Part shown: positions 1 to 13,100 of the stretch, piece after piece
Layout of the letters: every line of letters begins with the position of its first letter
How positions within the stretch are numbered: position 1 is the stretch's first letter
NCBI RefSeq assembly: GCF_001949145.1
Contig: NW_019091356.1
Span: forward strand, 4,818,934-4,882,933
DNA length: 64,000 nt
Direction of reading: 5' to 3'
Origin: Acanthaster planci
Lineage: Eukaryota
Program-made: the position numbers and the translations under genes
The notes under the pieces: model-generated
Database searches by the model: none
What the model saw: only the letters and a program-made list of their open reading frames with translations
Told to the model about the DNA's origin: nothing

Positions 1-737
1 TCCATGGCCCTTTTCCCATTTATGTATCGTCTCGACGCATTTGAATAGGTGTTCAAAAGCCAGCCCGTATACTTCTTCCAAAGGATAAATTATTTTCAAG
101 TGTACCCGTAGCACATAGCTTGAAACTGGAAAGAAAAAGACCCGTGACAGTTGAGATCGGTGTAGTTACAGAATCATATCAACGCAGAGAAACCAGTAGC
201 AAGTGCTCTAAATGTGTGGCCACGCCTTTCGCCATGAATACCGAAACAGTCTGATTTCCACTGTCATGAAAATCTGTTTTGTTTGCTGCTCAGCGTATTT
301 AGGATATGACTGAAGCACAGTGTGGCTTACTAAGTCGTCCCGGGCGGAATAAACCTCAACAGTAATACATGGGTGCAGACCAATAATTCAAGTGAGAATT
401 TCTGGCCAGCTCATTAGCATTAAAAGTGCCCCCACAGTATCTTTTGAACAAGGAGATTATTTGGCCCCCAAAATGGTGAAATTGTGTAAATTCTTGCCAG
501 GATCAACTCCCTAGGTCTTTGAGCTTTCATATGAGAGCAGAATGGCTAAAAATTACGGTTGAAAAATGGTCCCAAGTGCCCGAGAAAGTTGAGGGTTGCC
601 ACCTGAAAAATGGCTGCAATCAGACTTCGGGAAAATCATTTTTGGGGGTTGATTTTGTTTTGTGGGAATAATCAAAAATGTAATTGGCTTAAAACCCTGG
701 AACGCTTTTATAAATTTTCTTTACAGGGTCTCTAGAC

Positions 738-1308
738 CGGCCTCGCCAGGTGAGTCCGTATCATTTCTCAGGGTTGCAGAGCCCTGAGTCCGTCCTGAAG
801 GTAAATAAATGCTTCAGTGGTTGTCCCCTAGCCTCTACAGCTCTGAAAAACCACCATAAGTACATCACAGTACCGGGGGGGGGCGTAATCCCAGACTATC
901 CGATTTGAGGGGGGGGGGCCTCGACACACGCCAGCCAAGCCACACCACCACCACAACACCCCCCAACCCCCCAACCAAAATAACACTTCAGAGACAGCCG
1001 AAAGTTCCAGGCAAGTTCCAGACAGCTGTCACTGATAAAAAACATTCCACTGTCTGCCCCAGGCACCGTTTTGTAAACAATCCATTAGATTGTACACAAG
1101 GGGCCACTTAGCACAGAGTCTTATGGGAGTTGGCTGGAGGCTGGCTGGATTTTTTCTTTTTTTTTCTGGCTAGGGGAGGCCCTGGCTGTAAAGTGACTAA
1201 ACCAGGTTTTTCATCAGGTACAGGGGTAGGATATGATAAATAGTTGTTGCATTTGGACGAAAAAAAACACAATTTAATTAGCTAAAACGGACTCGCCAAA
1301 AGAGGCCG
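738..1308. mobile_element. Possible non-autonomous DNA-transposon remnant with imperfect inverted repeats and G/C runs
   Basis: cggcctcgccaggtgagtccgt (738-759) versus acggactcgccaaaagaggccg (~1287-1308) form an imperfect inverted pair; poly-G and C-rich tracts lie at 873-975. Ends are undefined. Confidence 0.3.
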
Positions 1309-2044
1309 CTCATTCTACCGATTTTAAACCACCAAAAATTGAAAAGAAATTGAAAGATTAGTTACCAGACAAGAATTTCATTTGTGTTTCAGAAATCTCA
1401 GGGATGTTGGCGTGCATGTTATTGGGCCCTGAACAGTCCTGATTTTACACTGTTTTCAATGGGGATTGAATTAGTGGACTGTACCCACATACGCTTCCAT
1501 AGCTTTTCCCTATCCTATAAACTGTGTGACAAGTATCACAGTGGCACGTCTAAGTGGCTGAACTGCCAACCCCATTATCATGCTGCATGGGGTACGTCAC
1601 GTCCCTGCCCAACAGTACTGGCACAGAATTCATTTCCTAGCGCCCTCTATCGCGAAGCATGCGAAAGACGTGTTTAAAGGCGATTATTGAGGACTGGTAA
1701 TCTGCATGTTGAAAGTGAGTTGCATTTTCATTTTTATGTGTTTGTGTTACGGTGACTATACACACTTCAAGTGGTGTTACGCAAACTCCATCGAGATCCA
1801 TTAATCATAATCCTGCGAACCTTTTTGCAACTCTCAACTTGATTTAAAAGGGGAAAGTTAACAGTGCCGCAGCCGAAGATGTGATGATTTTGATTTTAAA
1901 AAAGATAATAATTACTTCAAAGTAATTTGGAATTTTTTGTCATATAATATTGGCCAACTTTTATGAAATATTTCATTCACTGGTGTCTTCTGATACAGGA
2001 ATAAAGTATTTTTCAGTCTTGTGATTGTAACAATGTGTTGAGAT

Positions 2045-2105
2045 GTTTGTCACTCACCACTGAGTTGTTTGTCACTCACCACTGAGTTGTTTGTCACTCA
2101 CCACT
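2045..2105. repeat. 22-bp tandem repeat (~2.8 copies) containing the PLAT-exon splice donor
   Basis: Unit ttgtttgtcactcaccactgag; minus-strand GTGAGT at 2096-2101, 2074-2079 and 2052-2057. Confidence 0.95.
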
Positions 2106-2401
2106 ATTTTTTCAACGAACCAATCATCTTTCAATCCTGTCGAGTCTCTCCATAACTCTATTTTGTCTATCCGTCCAAAGTTGGGCATATTCCTAACTGG
2201 GTAGCTGTCGACGTGGCCCCTTTCCATGTCATTCTTCCATCGGCAGCTTAAAGGGATGTCTCTGGACCTGCACTGAGAGTTGTTGCTCAAAGCGATAAAG
2301 ACATTGGCGTCCGTGCCTGCCCCTTTAACGTCGCCAGTCTTAACAACGATTTGGTAATCGGGTGGAGAGCTACTGGTGCTTCCTGCGCATGCGTTCCCCA
2401 T
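2102..2401 (-). CDS. First coding exon (N-terminal PLAT/LH2 domain) of a probable lipoxygenase; the rest of the gene lies left of the window
   Basis: Translation MGNACAGS...YQIVVKTGDVKGAGTDANVFIAL...NDMERGHVDSY...IELWRDSTGLKDDWFVEKIVV has the PLAT signature (V.TGD..GAGTDANV, ERG..D, W.VE.I.V). A single N-terminal PLAT after a short MG-C leader is typical of invertebrate lipoxygenases. Phase-0 GTGAGT donor at 2101. The catalytic domain is not in the window, so LOX identity is inferred. Confidence 0.75.
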
Positions 2402-4779
2402 GATGCGGTTGAAGACCTTGATCTGATAGTTCAACTAGATGTTGGGTTGTGAATCCGACTGGTGATACCAATCCGTTGATAACTCGGACACCGTGGCCGA
2501 AACAAGACAGGATCTTTGTAATCTTTGACAAACCAAATTCCAACGAAAGACCAAAATCAAGAACTCTCTGCGCTTCCATGAAGTGTGTAATGTACTGTAT
2601 ATGCATTGGTCTCTACCGGGATAACTCAATGCTTTGAGGCCAATTTGTAATATAACACATCAACTATTGAGACTTAAAAACGTTGTCCCGTGGATGAAGC
2701 ACCTTTATGCACTTGACCTAGACAGTGCAGGGTGCTGCTACAACATTTAATATTCAATTGTTGCCTACTCAACTGTCAAGGATTGGCGAGTTTTCTGTAG
2801 CCTTGTTTACCGTTGTTTCCATAGCACCATTGTTGACATCTAATAGGTTTTCGTTCATGGCTCTTTTGTCAGTAATACACGATGCAAGGTTACCCGACTG
2901 CGTGATGTGTTTATAATGCCAAAATGTTTAGACATGCACTATAGCTAAAGACTACACTCGACATTGTCCGAGCCGTGGTACTGAATCATCGTCATGCTCT
3001 GTTTCGTTATAATTTTAAAACCTGCGTTCGCAGATGTTATACAGAAATTGAAACTACGGACGGAGGTACTACCACGGCCAACCGGCTAAGGTCGACCCTG
3101 AAAACTAACGTGAACTTCAGACGTGCAACCCTTCCCCTTACTTATTATTTTCAGCTGGAAAAAAACTTAAACTGGGTGGGATCAAGAGTTGAAAAACATT
3201 CGGGAGCATTTCATGACAGGGTACTTCGGTATGAAATGCAGTTATAAGAGGGTCAGTCAGCAACAAAAAAGAATACAAAATTGTTTGGTAGACATTTTTG
3301 GGTGCAGTCTATGATTTTGCTTTGAAGTTTATAAAACAAAGCAAGGAGATAATGAGCCAAACATACACTTGAATAAACCTGATTATGTTCCGATGCCTAA
3401 TGAATCAAAACCGTTATTATTATGTTCTCAAGTTATCAAGAACTTTCGAAAGAGAGAGAGCTCACAATTCTGTCCTGTTATATAAAACAAGTATTTCATG
3501 TAGCGAACAAATAAATTTCACCTCTGGAGTTATAATTTGTTAAAATTTGCATTGGCAAACTGGAAGATGAGATCTCAGAGCAGACACAGTAAAAACGGGA
3601 TAATGTAATCAGTGCATAGAAATTAGTTGACATTTGTATGCAAAGGGCCTGTGTTGGCGGATTAAGCCCTGAGGTCTTCAGGTTTCGTAGTCAGCAGTGA
3701 CCTGCTTGCGATGTTTGTCCTCTGTTATGTACTTTTCCTCGGGTCGAACGTACTATGTTCAGAGTTGCATTTGATATCAGAAAGCGATGTCAGAATGTGA
3801 CAAAATAGCTGACTATAAATAGAATTGCCAATAATGTTTTCGTCAACTTTGGTGTGGGAAGGTAGATAAGAATCGCATGTTAATGTACAATGACGTGCGA
3901 CTATCAGTCATAAACAGCCCGACAATAAGGAGAAATAAATAAAAAATGAAATCATCATCGTATCTGCACAAAAACTTGTATTAAACTCTCGATGGATATT
4001 GATCATCTTACTGGCTGTTCTTCATTTTTTATGAGATTCAAGAAAGCTATGACCTGGTACCAATTGAGTTTGTAACTACAAATCCTGTTTTTTGGTTTGC
4101 CACGTTTCAAACTGAGGTATATTAAAAGGCCGACTTTTCATTACGTTCCAAACTTGTCTATTTTTTTCAGACAGGAATTTGAATGTAATAGTTGGCTGTG
4201 CAAATTCAGACATACGTTGCATAATGAACGGAATGTCAGTATCAATTAATCAATTCTTGTCACGTTAATCAGTTCCACTGCATGTCAAAGGTTTTTCCCT
4301 AGATACAAACGCAAGTATTTTTAAAGGCAATGTAGTTATTGAAATTGTCCACATAATGAGCATTTTATGGTGTTCCCAGCGTTCCAAATCTGACACTAAG
4401 TATTTTTACAAACTCAATATAATGTTCTGACACCGCCATAATAATCTAGACTGCCTGCCTGCATAATATCCACCAGTCTTAAACTAGGGGCTTTCTTTGT
4501 GAAGCTGCTGTTTTCATTACATCAACTCCCAGTGGTGCTTGATATGTACAGACACTTGCAAACTGTGAGGCCAGGCTTGGGAGATCGGCATGGATTTCAT
4601 TAGTTGCACAAGGCACGTCGTTGCAGCCATCACTTCAAGGCATCTCTCTACTGCGTCTTGTCCAGCAATCACGCGTTCCTTGAGGTGTGACCACTGTCTG
4701 TGCAAGCTTGGTTGCCTCTCTCCTCATCATAACACTCCAGAACAGAGAGGCACTCTTTGAGTTTAAAGACATCTTGGTC

Positions 4780-5040
4780 AGGATTTGAAGTAAAGGGGGT
4801 AAATTAAAGACGGTATGAATCGCATGATGTCGTGGCTTAGTTGAAGAACTCTGACTTATTGCAGACAAGAACGTGACAAGGGTTTGCATCTGAAAAGGCG
4901 CGGTAGCTTGTTTTGAAATGATCCGGGTTTATTAAAGTACACAAACCTACGGAGTAAAACACGACAAAGCTAACAGTGAGGGGTATCATGCCTCAAGGGC
5001 AACCTGCTTTAGCACATGAGCGAACGGTATCAACTGCACA
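4780..5040 (-). mobile_element. Degraded THAP-domain-like transposon remnant
   Basis: Fragments across minus frames appear in THAP order: RSCAKAGC ... LCTLINPDHF ... AIHTVF (compare C..GC, C..HF, AVPTIF). Heavily frameshifted. Confidence 0.3.
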
Positions 5041-6695
5041 CTTAACGAGTGTATTAGAATATATGTTACACAGATAAACCACATGCCATGCTCGTAAATG
5101 TTATCAATAAATAGGCATATGAAAAAAGGCACTTCTAACCCTCACTGTTAATGTGTTCCCTTGACAGCCTTAGTGCAACGCAACCCGGCAAATGTGTCAG
5201 AGACATATCTACACATGTAGTGAATCTGTCGCCCTCCAGGTAAATCTTCCCCCTGCCTAAGCGTCACTGCGATCCCCCGGTAAATGAGTCCGCACGCAAC
5301 GTCACAAGTGTACCGCCCAGACTATGCATTTTTACAGCCAAAATAAATGTACAATCGGTGATAAGCGCCACAGAGTCGCTAATGAATATTATTTCACCGG
5401 TTAACGTGTCCGAGGGGATAAATCTGGCTATCTGTACCCTGTCTAAAGGTAAAACTTCCTCCACTAAATATGTCCCCGTGCATCATCACAAGTCTAGTAC
5501 CCAGGTCAAAATAAACAGCTATATCAACCGCCGTAGAGTCGGTAAAACAAATCATTTCCATCAACGCGGCCAGATCGTTCACCAGTACTTACTGTGCACG
5601 TTAAGTTGAACCAGTTGCCATACCTCTATTCCTATATGTTCAGAGAACGGCTCGTAGGTACAGCCCATGAGAACGCAGCGTCGTCATTTAGGGTCTGAGT
5701 GCTGTTTTCATTTCGTTTGGACTTTGAAACTGGACACCAGGCGCTGAAGAGAGGAGTACAGACACTCTATCAGCGTCATACTATTCGTAGGATGCCCAGA
5801 ATTGGGAAAAGCGAATACAGCGACAGCAGTTTGGCTCAGAAGAACTCCTTGGTTTTATGGTAGCTGCAAGATGAGGAGAGGCGTCTCACTGGTGATATAG
5901 GGAAGATCACGTATCATCTTTTGATCAATGAACGGGTCTGCGTGCGCTCCAAATTGGCGTTACGGGACCCCTTCATCAGATGTAGTCGATCTTGTGTTCG
6001 GCATATGAGCTTGTTGTTTCAAGAAGCAAAGGCACGGGTGGCTAGAATGCTGGAACGCAGTGCTGCACATCTTGCTTTTGGAAACTGGCGAGGATTAATC
6101 ATCTTCAGTACTTGGAACAGTGGCTGGATTTTTCATCACTCTAGGTGTGTATCAACTTATTTCAGTGTAGACGGTACTGAGTCCGTATCAACAAGAAGAC
6201 ACTATGTATTGACTGATTGAACGATATCGACAGGACTATCTGGTACATGGCAAACAGCTAAGACTCATTATCTTAATACCAACTGTATACAATAATACCA
6301 ATTTTCATAGATACAAAGTCGCGCAATATGGCTGACTACAATAGCAGCTTTTATACGAAATGACTGTGACTGTGACATGTTTAACAGCCAGAACCACAAT
6401 TTATTGGAGATATTACATGTATTCGGCATTCGGTTTACTTAAGCAAAGGCAAACAGGTCCTGAAGAGCACGGGCAGGGTTATACTGTATGCAAAGGGCTT
6501 TACCAGTATACCGATCTTCAGTTGTCAACGTCCACAAAGTTAGCGGTAGTCTTTAAATCTTTGAATATTATTACTCTCAAGAAATCTCCTTTCAAAAATA
6601 TTTCCAATCTGTTTATTCCATTTTTAGATGAAGTATGGCCTGAAAAACGATCACCCTGCATATGGAATAAATATTTGAAATGAACTTCTTAATCA

Positions 6696-6819
6696 ACCGG
6701 CAACAACTTAGCAAACACAGCCTACCAGCAAGAGATAAAGCTCTGGCTCTGCTGCATACCGGCAACAATTTAGCAAACACAGCCTACCAGCAAGAGATAA
6801 AGCTCTGGCTCTGCTGCAT
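6696..6819. repeat. 62-bp perfect-ish tandem duplication upstream of the prostanoid-like GPCR
   Basis: accggcaacaa(c/t)ttagcaaacacagcctaccagcaagagataaagctctggctctgctgcat at 6696-6757 and 6758-6819, with one mismatch. Confidence 0.95.
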
Positions 6820-7143
6820 GGATCTCAACCTAGACTGGGTGTTGTGAAATTTAAAGTAGCTTTATTCGATAAAGTGATTATGTCAAGAATTTGTGAGGGA
6901 TGTAATTTGCTTGCGCTCCGCAGTGGCGAAGGGATAATACGTTGAAGTGGCACTCGGAGTGAAGGCTAATGTGTTTGTTCGCTCCAACTGCACAAGACCG
7001 ATGGAGCGTCTAATGGTGCATGATTGCAATAATGTTATGGTAGAAGCGGCAGTAAGCTTGTATAGTTGACGGTGTGATGTGCCGTCGACGGAGATGCGGA
7101 GGGCAAGCTTAATATGTGGCACTCCTAGAAGGTTGTACCAAGA

Positions 7144-10100
7144 ATGGCATACCGTGAGGGCCAGGGATTGGAACAACAGTTTAGCCCGAAGAGACCCGAG
7201 ACTGATCTGTCTGGTGCACTAAGCTTGACCGTGGAAGCAGTGACACTAATCGGAAATATCTTCCCCACTTTAGTGGCGTTTAAGCTGAAGAGGCAAGCCG
7301 AACGCACCGCAACCGATCTCCTGATCGGCTCTTTAGCAGTGACGGACATTATGGCTGTCTTGATGCCTCTACCGGTATCTTTACCCAGCTTTATAGCCCA
7401 GGATTCATGGACTGGTGGCAAAAGTGCCTGCTTGTATTATCAGTTCATGGTCTTCTGGCTACAGAACAGTGCCATGCTGCTGGTAACAGCTATGGCTCTC
7501 GAGCGTTTTTTGGCCATCTGTCTGCCTATGCGGTATAAAAGATGGACAACAAGAACTCGCGTACGGATTACAATAGCCTTTGTCTACAGCTTCGCCTTTC
7601 TAATTTCATGCCTTCCATTCTTCGGTCTAGCACCCCCTGTAGTGCTGGTGAAGGGTGACGAGAACACTGACTCCTCCAAAGCTCTTTGCCGGTCTTGGAT
7701 ATCCTCGGGACCAGACCACTGGCACCAAAGTATATTTCCAATGGTATTAATACTGGAAGGTTGGATCACCATGGTCTTGGTATTAAGTTTAAACACTTGC
7801 ATCATTCGGCGACTGACAAGATTCAGAAGACGATTAGAATCGTCCGTAATTACCTGTCCGATGAGGCCGAAGGATAGGCAAGCTGAGACAAATTGTGACG
7901 GTGCAGGGGAAGCGGTGGCCAGCCCGTCTTCATGCACTGTCGATGGACGCTCCCTACGGGAATTCTCCAAGCTAGTTATCGCGGTTACAGTTCTGTTCTA
8001 TTGCACCTGGCTTCCTGTCATGGTGAGTATATCGACGGTTGCACTGAACAAATTAAAATTACAGTGTTTTCGCATTATGCCGTCAAGAGGCATCACATTT
8101 AATGTTAGCTTATAAGTTCTTTTAATTAGCGGAGACCATTTTTCAGCGTGACCTATCTGTCATATGCAAGCAATCACAAAGCTCAGTGTAGCATCAACTC
8201 TATTAAGTTTCTTTTCAACTTTATCCTGTCCAGCAACCTGTATCCTAACCCTAAAGGCAAAGTCAAGAAACAATCTTTGTAGAATACATGACTATTTGGG
8301 CGCGGTCATTTGGACATGTATCTCGATATAGGACGTGTGTTTCGCATCAACGATTCCAGTTGTGAATATAGTTCGAATACGGGCCATTCACAATAGTGCG
8401 CTTTCAAGAGTTTGAAACGCCTTGACCAATCACAGTGCGCAAAACCTGTCGACAATCTCCAAACGAGAATTGGGTCGACAGATTTCGCGCACTGTGATTG
8501 GTCAACGCATTACAAACTCTTGGAGGTGCACTATTATGAAACGCCCGTATTATGTACACGGAAGGATGTTTGTACTATACATCGATACATTTGTTGTAGT
8601 TGTTTTTGGGGGGGATGTGATAGTGATTCATTTCTACACACGGCAACTAAAAACGAGAAAAAAGATGTGTTTCAAGCTTAGGTTTTTGTAGAGGCGTCTT
8701 AGCTCTCAACGATTCGGTGATCATGATGTAATTTACCAAGGGGCATACACCGTCAACCTTGGGACTTTTTCATCATCTCAGTCAGAGAGAAACTTCAATT
8801 TAATTACTACAATGGGTTAGGTATTAAACTTTTAATACTGCACCTCAGCACTAAGGTATAAGTAAATGCTTGGTTTGATGATAGAGATGATAATTTGTGT
8901 CACTTGTAGACTAATTTGGGTGAGTGGGTGGACCTTTTGAGAACGCGCTGCCTTGGTTTCTAACTTGGTTTCCACGAATATATTTCAGCGTTTTACTTAC
9001 TAAAAAATTGGACTCGAAAACGTCTAGATGGAAAAATTATGATTGATGAATTAGATCACGCAATAGGCGCCGTGCAGTCAGAATGACGTGATTAATAATG
9101 GCAATTCTGCGTGACCTATACCCTGTCGTGTTTGCACAACTTTATTGGATTTGCGTAAATTACATTTAGGCTTACAGATGTAAGTTAGCCCTAACGCTCC
9201 TAAATACTCCGACAGGTGAAGGATTGTGGATGGATGAGGTTCATGAATAGATTGTGAGATAGGACACACAGGTTAATAGCTAATTTGAGTTTCATTGTCA
9301 TAATAACTGTGGTCTGGCATAATGTGTATTGCTCTCGCACATCTTGTTTTTCCTCAACCAGGCTTCAGAACGTTTCACAGACACAAAAAACAAGCACAAC
9401 TCTACAACTATAAAAGTATACTATTGACGTCAGTCAAGGGGCAAAAGACGGATGGATGGTAATTTCGGTTTCTGTCAAGTCAGTGATTGACAAGCGCCTA
9501 AAATTAACACATTGATTAAAGTTTGCCTACCTGGTGAATGTGAAGCGCAGGAAATCAACTCTTCACTGGGTACATCATCCCGAGGGCCGCTCTGTTTGCA
9601 AAACAAACCCAAAGAATGTTGTTATTAAGAGGTTGTGACACAGTAATAGCCAGCCTAAAAGGTGTTCATCGGAGAGCTTAAGCAGTTTTTTCCTCGATAA
9701 AGGGAATCTCCATTGCAAAATAGAGGATTTTAACTTTTCAGAAACATTTCAATGTTCTGGATCGACGTTGCTGCATTTTATGGACGGAATCGGCACCTAA
9801 ACCAAGCCGTCTTTACTCATTTTTGCTTAACACTCATTATTTCACCCCTTCCCCATCAATCTTACCGTTTTTGTATGCCACCGTGACAACTTAAGCTGTT
9901 GGAAGCAAAACACCTAAACGAAACATAATAAATCAACGCTTAGCAATCCTGCCCCAATCTTTGCAAAGTCACGATTTCTTTGGGACAAACAAGTTGAACC
10001 ATAAAATAAACGATTCGTCACGTGCATAATTGTATTTCATACGAAATTCGAGCGAAATGCTGAGGCGTTTGCTGGTTGGTTTACCTTGGTTAATAATTAC

Positions 10101-13100
10101 AAACGGCTTCAGAATAACAGGTGATGGATCTACAAAAATGCTGATTCCATTAACTGGAATAGACTTCAGAAAACTGAATAAAATATGAGACATGATAAAC
10201 AATAATAACCTATATATACAAAATGTGTTAGAATCAAGACAAATGAGCTGTTTCTTTCTCTGAACAAAAACATGGCTCCTTTCATGCTAAAGAGAGTCAG
10301 CCCCATTCTTATCATCTGTAAAAATTCGAAGTTATTAGTTACCAGAAAATGCTAAATTATTGAAGGTTTCTGCAACTTTTGAAAAACGAAATGAAATCTC
10401 TTGAGGCTTCCTTGAACCCAGCCAACCACTCAGCACCCAAAGAACATTCACCGGGGTAATGCAAGACTGTGATATGATTCATGCCAATGTCTTATTTTGT
10501 GAGAGTGGGCTGTAACATGTACTTCAGACCTTTACCCTTCATGTATCTTGTCTGACTCAATCTGAAAGATTGCAAGCTGCTGGTAGATGGGATTACACCA
10601 GATATCCGGCGTTCATTTTCACAGCTGGATGTAATGGTCAACACGTCTCACCCGTAAACCGGTCAAATCTCTTCAGCTATATGTATTTACCCTAGCCTCG
10701 TGCTCAGGCATAGGGTCTGCACTATCTTGACAAGTCCTCGCGGCGCAATGGACTTTGGATTGCTCTGCCCCACTGTTGCACCTCGTCAAGTCTGATGAAT
10801 GGCCCCGTCCGTCTTTGAAGAGATGAAACACACAGGATCGCTGCGTTGGGAATTCATTGCGCTGGTTGTAATAACGCGGGAATATCACAAGCGTTTTTAC
10901 AGTCTCAATAAACAAGAACGCGTTTCAAAAATTTGGCTGGCAAGTTTAACAGAAAGGGGGTGTAATGAAAATTGAATGCTTACACGCACAGAAAGTCTCT
11001 TTCTTGTCAGGTTTGTGCCTTGAAAATCTATACTTTATTCAATATTGTGGTATTTAATGAATATTAACTTTTGGTGTAGTTTATTGGATACATTTTACAA
11101 GCGATTCTCGATATTGGTAAACAACGTAAACAGTTCGATAAGGAGATAAATCTCCTATTCAGTAAAGAGAATTAATGCTTAGTCCCAGGAATGATTCATA
11201 TTGAAGCTCAAACGTCCCACTTAAAACAGAATCATATTAAAAGTCGAAACACGTTCACGACACCAATAATATCTTATTTTTCTCGCTGTCAACATTCTTA
11301 ATGTCCTGTTGTTTAGTGAAGCCTGGATAATTATCTGCAATCTAAAAATAAGACATGTATATGTGAACAATTGCCTAGCAACTGTGAAGTGAAGTAGGCA
11401 AAGCTCGTCACTGTCTTCTATAAATTGATACGTGTTGGAAACGTTTTTCCCCGTGGATACCGTAAAACTCATGAAAAAAATACATATTCCGTAACACCGA
11501 GCATTGGTTTCAAATTTTAAAACAAAAAGCAAAAACATAAAGGAACGGAAGAACCCGACGATATAACATCAGACAATAAACAAACAACTGAAATGAATTA
11601 ACCGTGATATTATGAATTGCTGTTTGTGGGTTGTTCCTACAAGACGAGTTTAATATTAGTCAGTAGCCCAACATTGCTACGAGCTTCAAAATCACTGTAA
11701 TTTTCTAGCAACAACCTGATTCCTAATACATTATCCAAGCCAGACAAATCTTTTCCGTAAGTACAAATCTCCTCGCTACCAGCACTGTGTGACAGGTACC
11801 TGCTAAGTGACTTATGAATTCATACATAAAATAAACTACATTCTTTTCAGCAAATGTCACAGATGTGTTTAGCATGCTGTTTATTTCTACTAATATGTTA
11901 CACCTGACATTTCGATACCTGTAGGTTATAAAAGCATGCAGACACGTTTGTCTGTGGGGAGATTATATCTTAACATTATCATTAAAAACACGAGGATTTT
12001 CATGGTAAAATGTATTTTCGGTTCAGATTTTAGAACTATGAAACTGGTTCCGTTTCTGAATCGACCAAGGGACAGTATCACATGTAATCGACGTGACTCA
12101 CAGCTATAGCTGAATGCAAATAAGCTGACTACAGATGGAGCCAAATGCACCCGAGTTGACGCCAATGTAATGGGAGGACTGATTGACTTCCTGTAAGTTT
12201 CAACCACGAAAAAATGCGGATGTTTCCTCGATCAAAATTGTCATTCATTTGTAACCTTTCGTTTCAGAGTTCACAACTGATCCACAATCCTTTAAAGGCT
12301 GAAGCTTAAAATCTCAAAATCAACTCCAACTGACAGAAAGAGACTGAAATAGCCATGCAATGACGTCATGCGCCATATGGACATAATTTGTTCAAGATTT
12401 GTCGGCATTTGACTCACAGGTACATGAATGCACAGGGTATCTGTACATTGCATTTGTTCTCAAGATAAATAGTCACAAAACACACGTTTGTGGCAGATTG
12501 GAGTGATTTCTTCTGCGCTGCTTGGAGCCTCGAGTGTCTGGTTAGTGTTAACTGGTTATATCGGGAGTTGGAATTTAATTTAAAACATTTAACGAAGAGG
12601 GGAAAATTGCCCGGGCGCCCTTTACGATGACTGCGATCTCGAGTCCGTACACTTTTCTTCAACATTGTGTGGTCCCTTGGGCTTTCTTATGTCTTCAAAA
12701 GATTGTAAATGACTTATAGCGAACATTGAAAGCGTTGCTAAAATAATTATCAAGCCATCGCGGTAACAATTGCAAAAAAACCAAAAAAAAAAACAACAAA
12801 CAAACAGAATATATAATCGTGTTACCATATTGCCGAAATTTGATTGATTTCTGAGATACCGTACATGTACATTTTGGTGGGCAAAATGCTTTCGAACAAA
12901 AGCTGATTTTTTAATATTTCACACATATTAAAGTAAGCAGGAAACTAGCATACATATACATAGCAACTGATTCCATCTTCAGTACAATGTATATGTGACG
13001 TGGACATTGTAACTAACCGTTTCGATTTGTAAGCTGCAGGACTGATGTAAAGAATTAGCCAATATATTTGTGGAAACTGGAAACATGGATCTAATGACGG

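Noticed and set aside
1..126. Minus-strand ttccag acceptor and an open frame as possible LOX exon 2
   Set aside because: The phase-0 frame stops after 9 codons, and the open frame does not resemble the expected FP..RW PLAT continuation.
7125..7970. Minus-strand ORFs overlapping the GPCR (and similar ones over other exons)
   Set aside because: Antisense shadows of real coding sequence, with no independent motifs.
8023..8115. C-terminal part of ORF 7144-8115
   Set aside because: Intron read-through past the GTGAGT donor; TM7 is encoded at 17019-17211.
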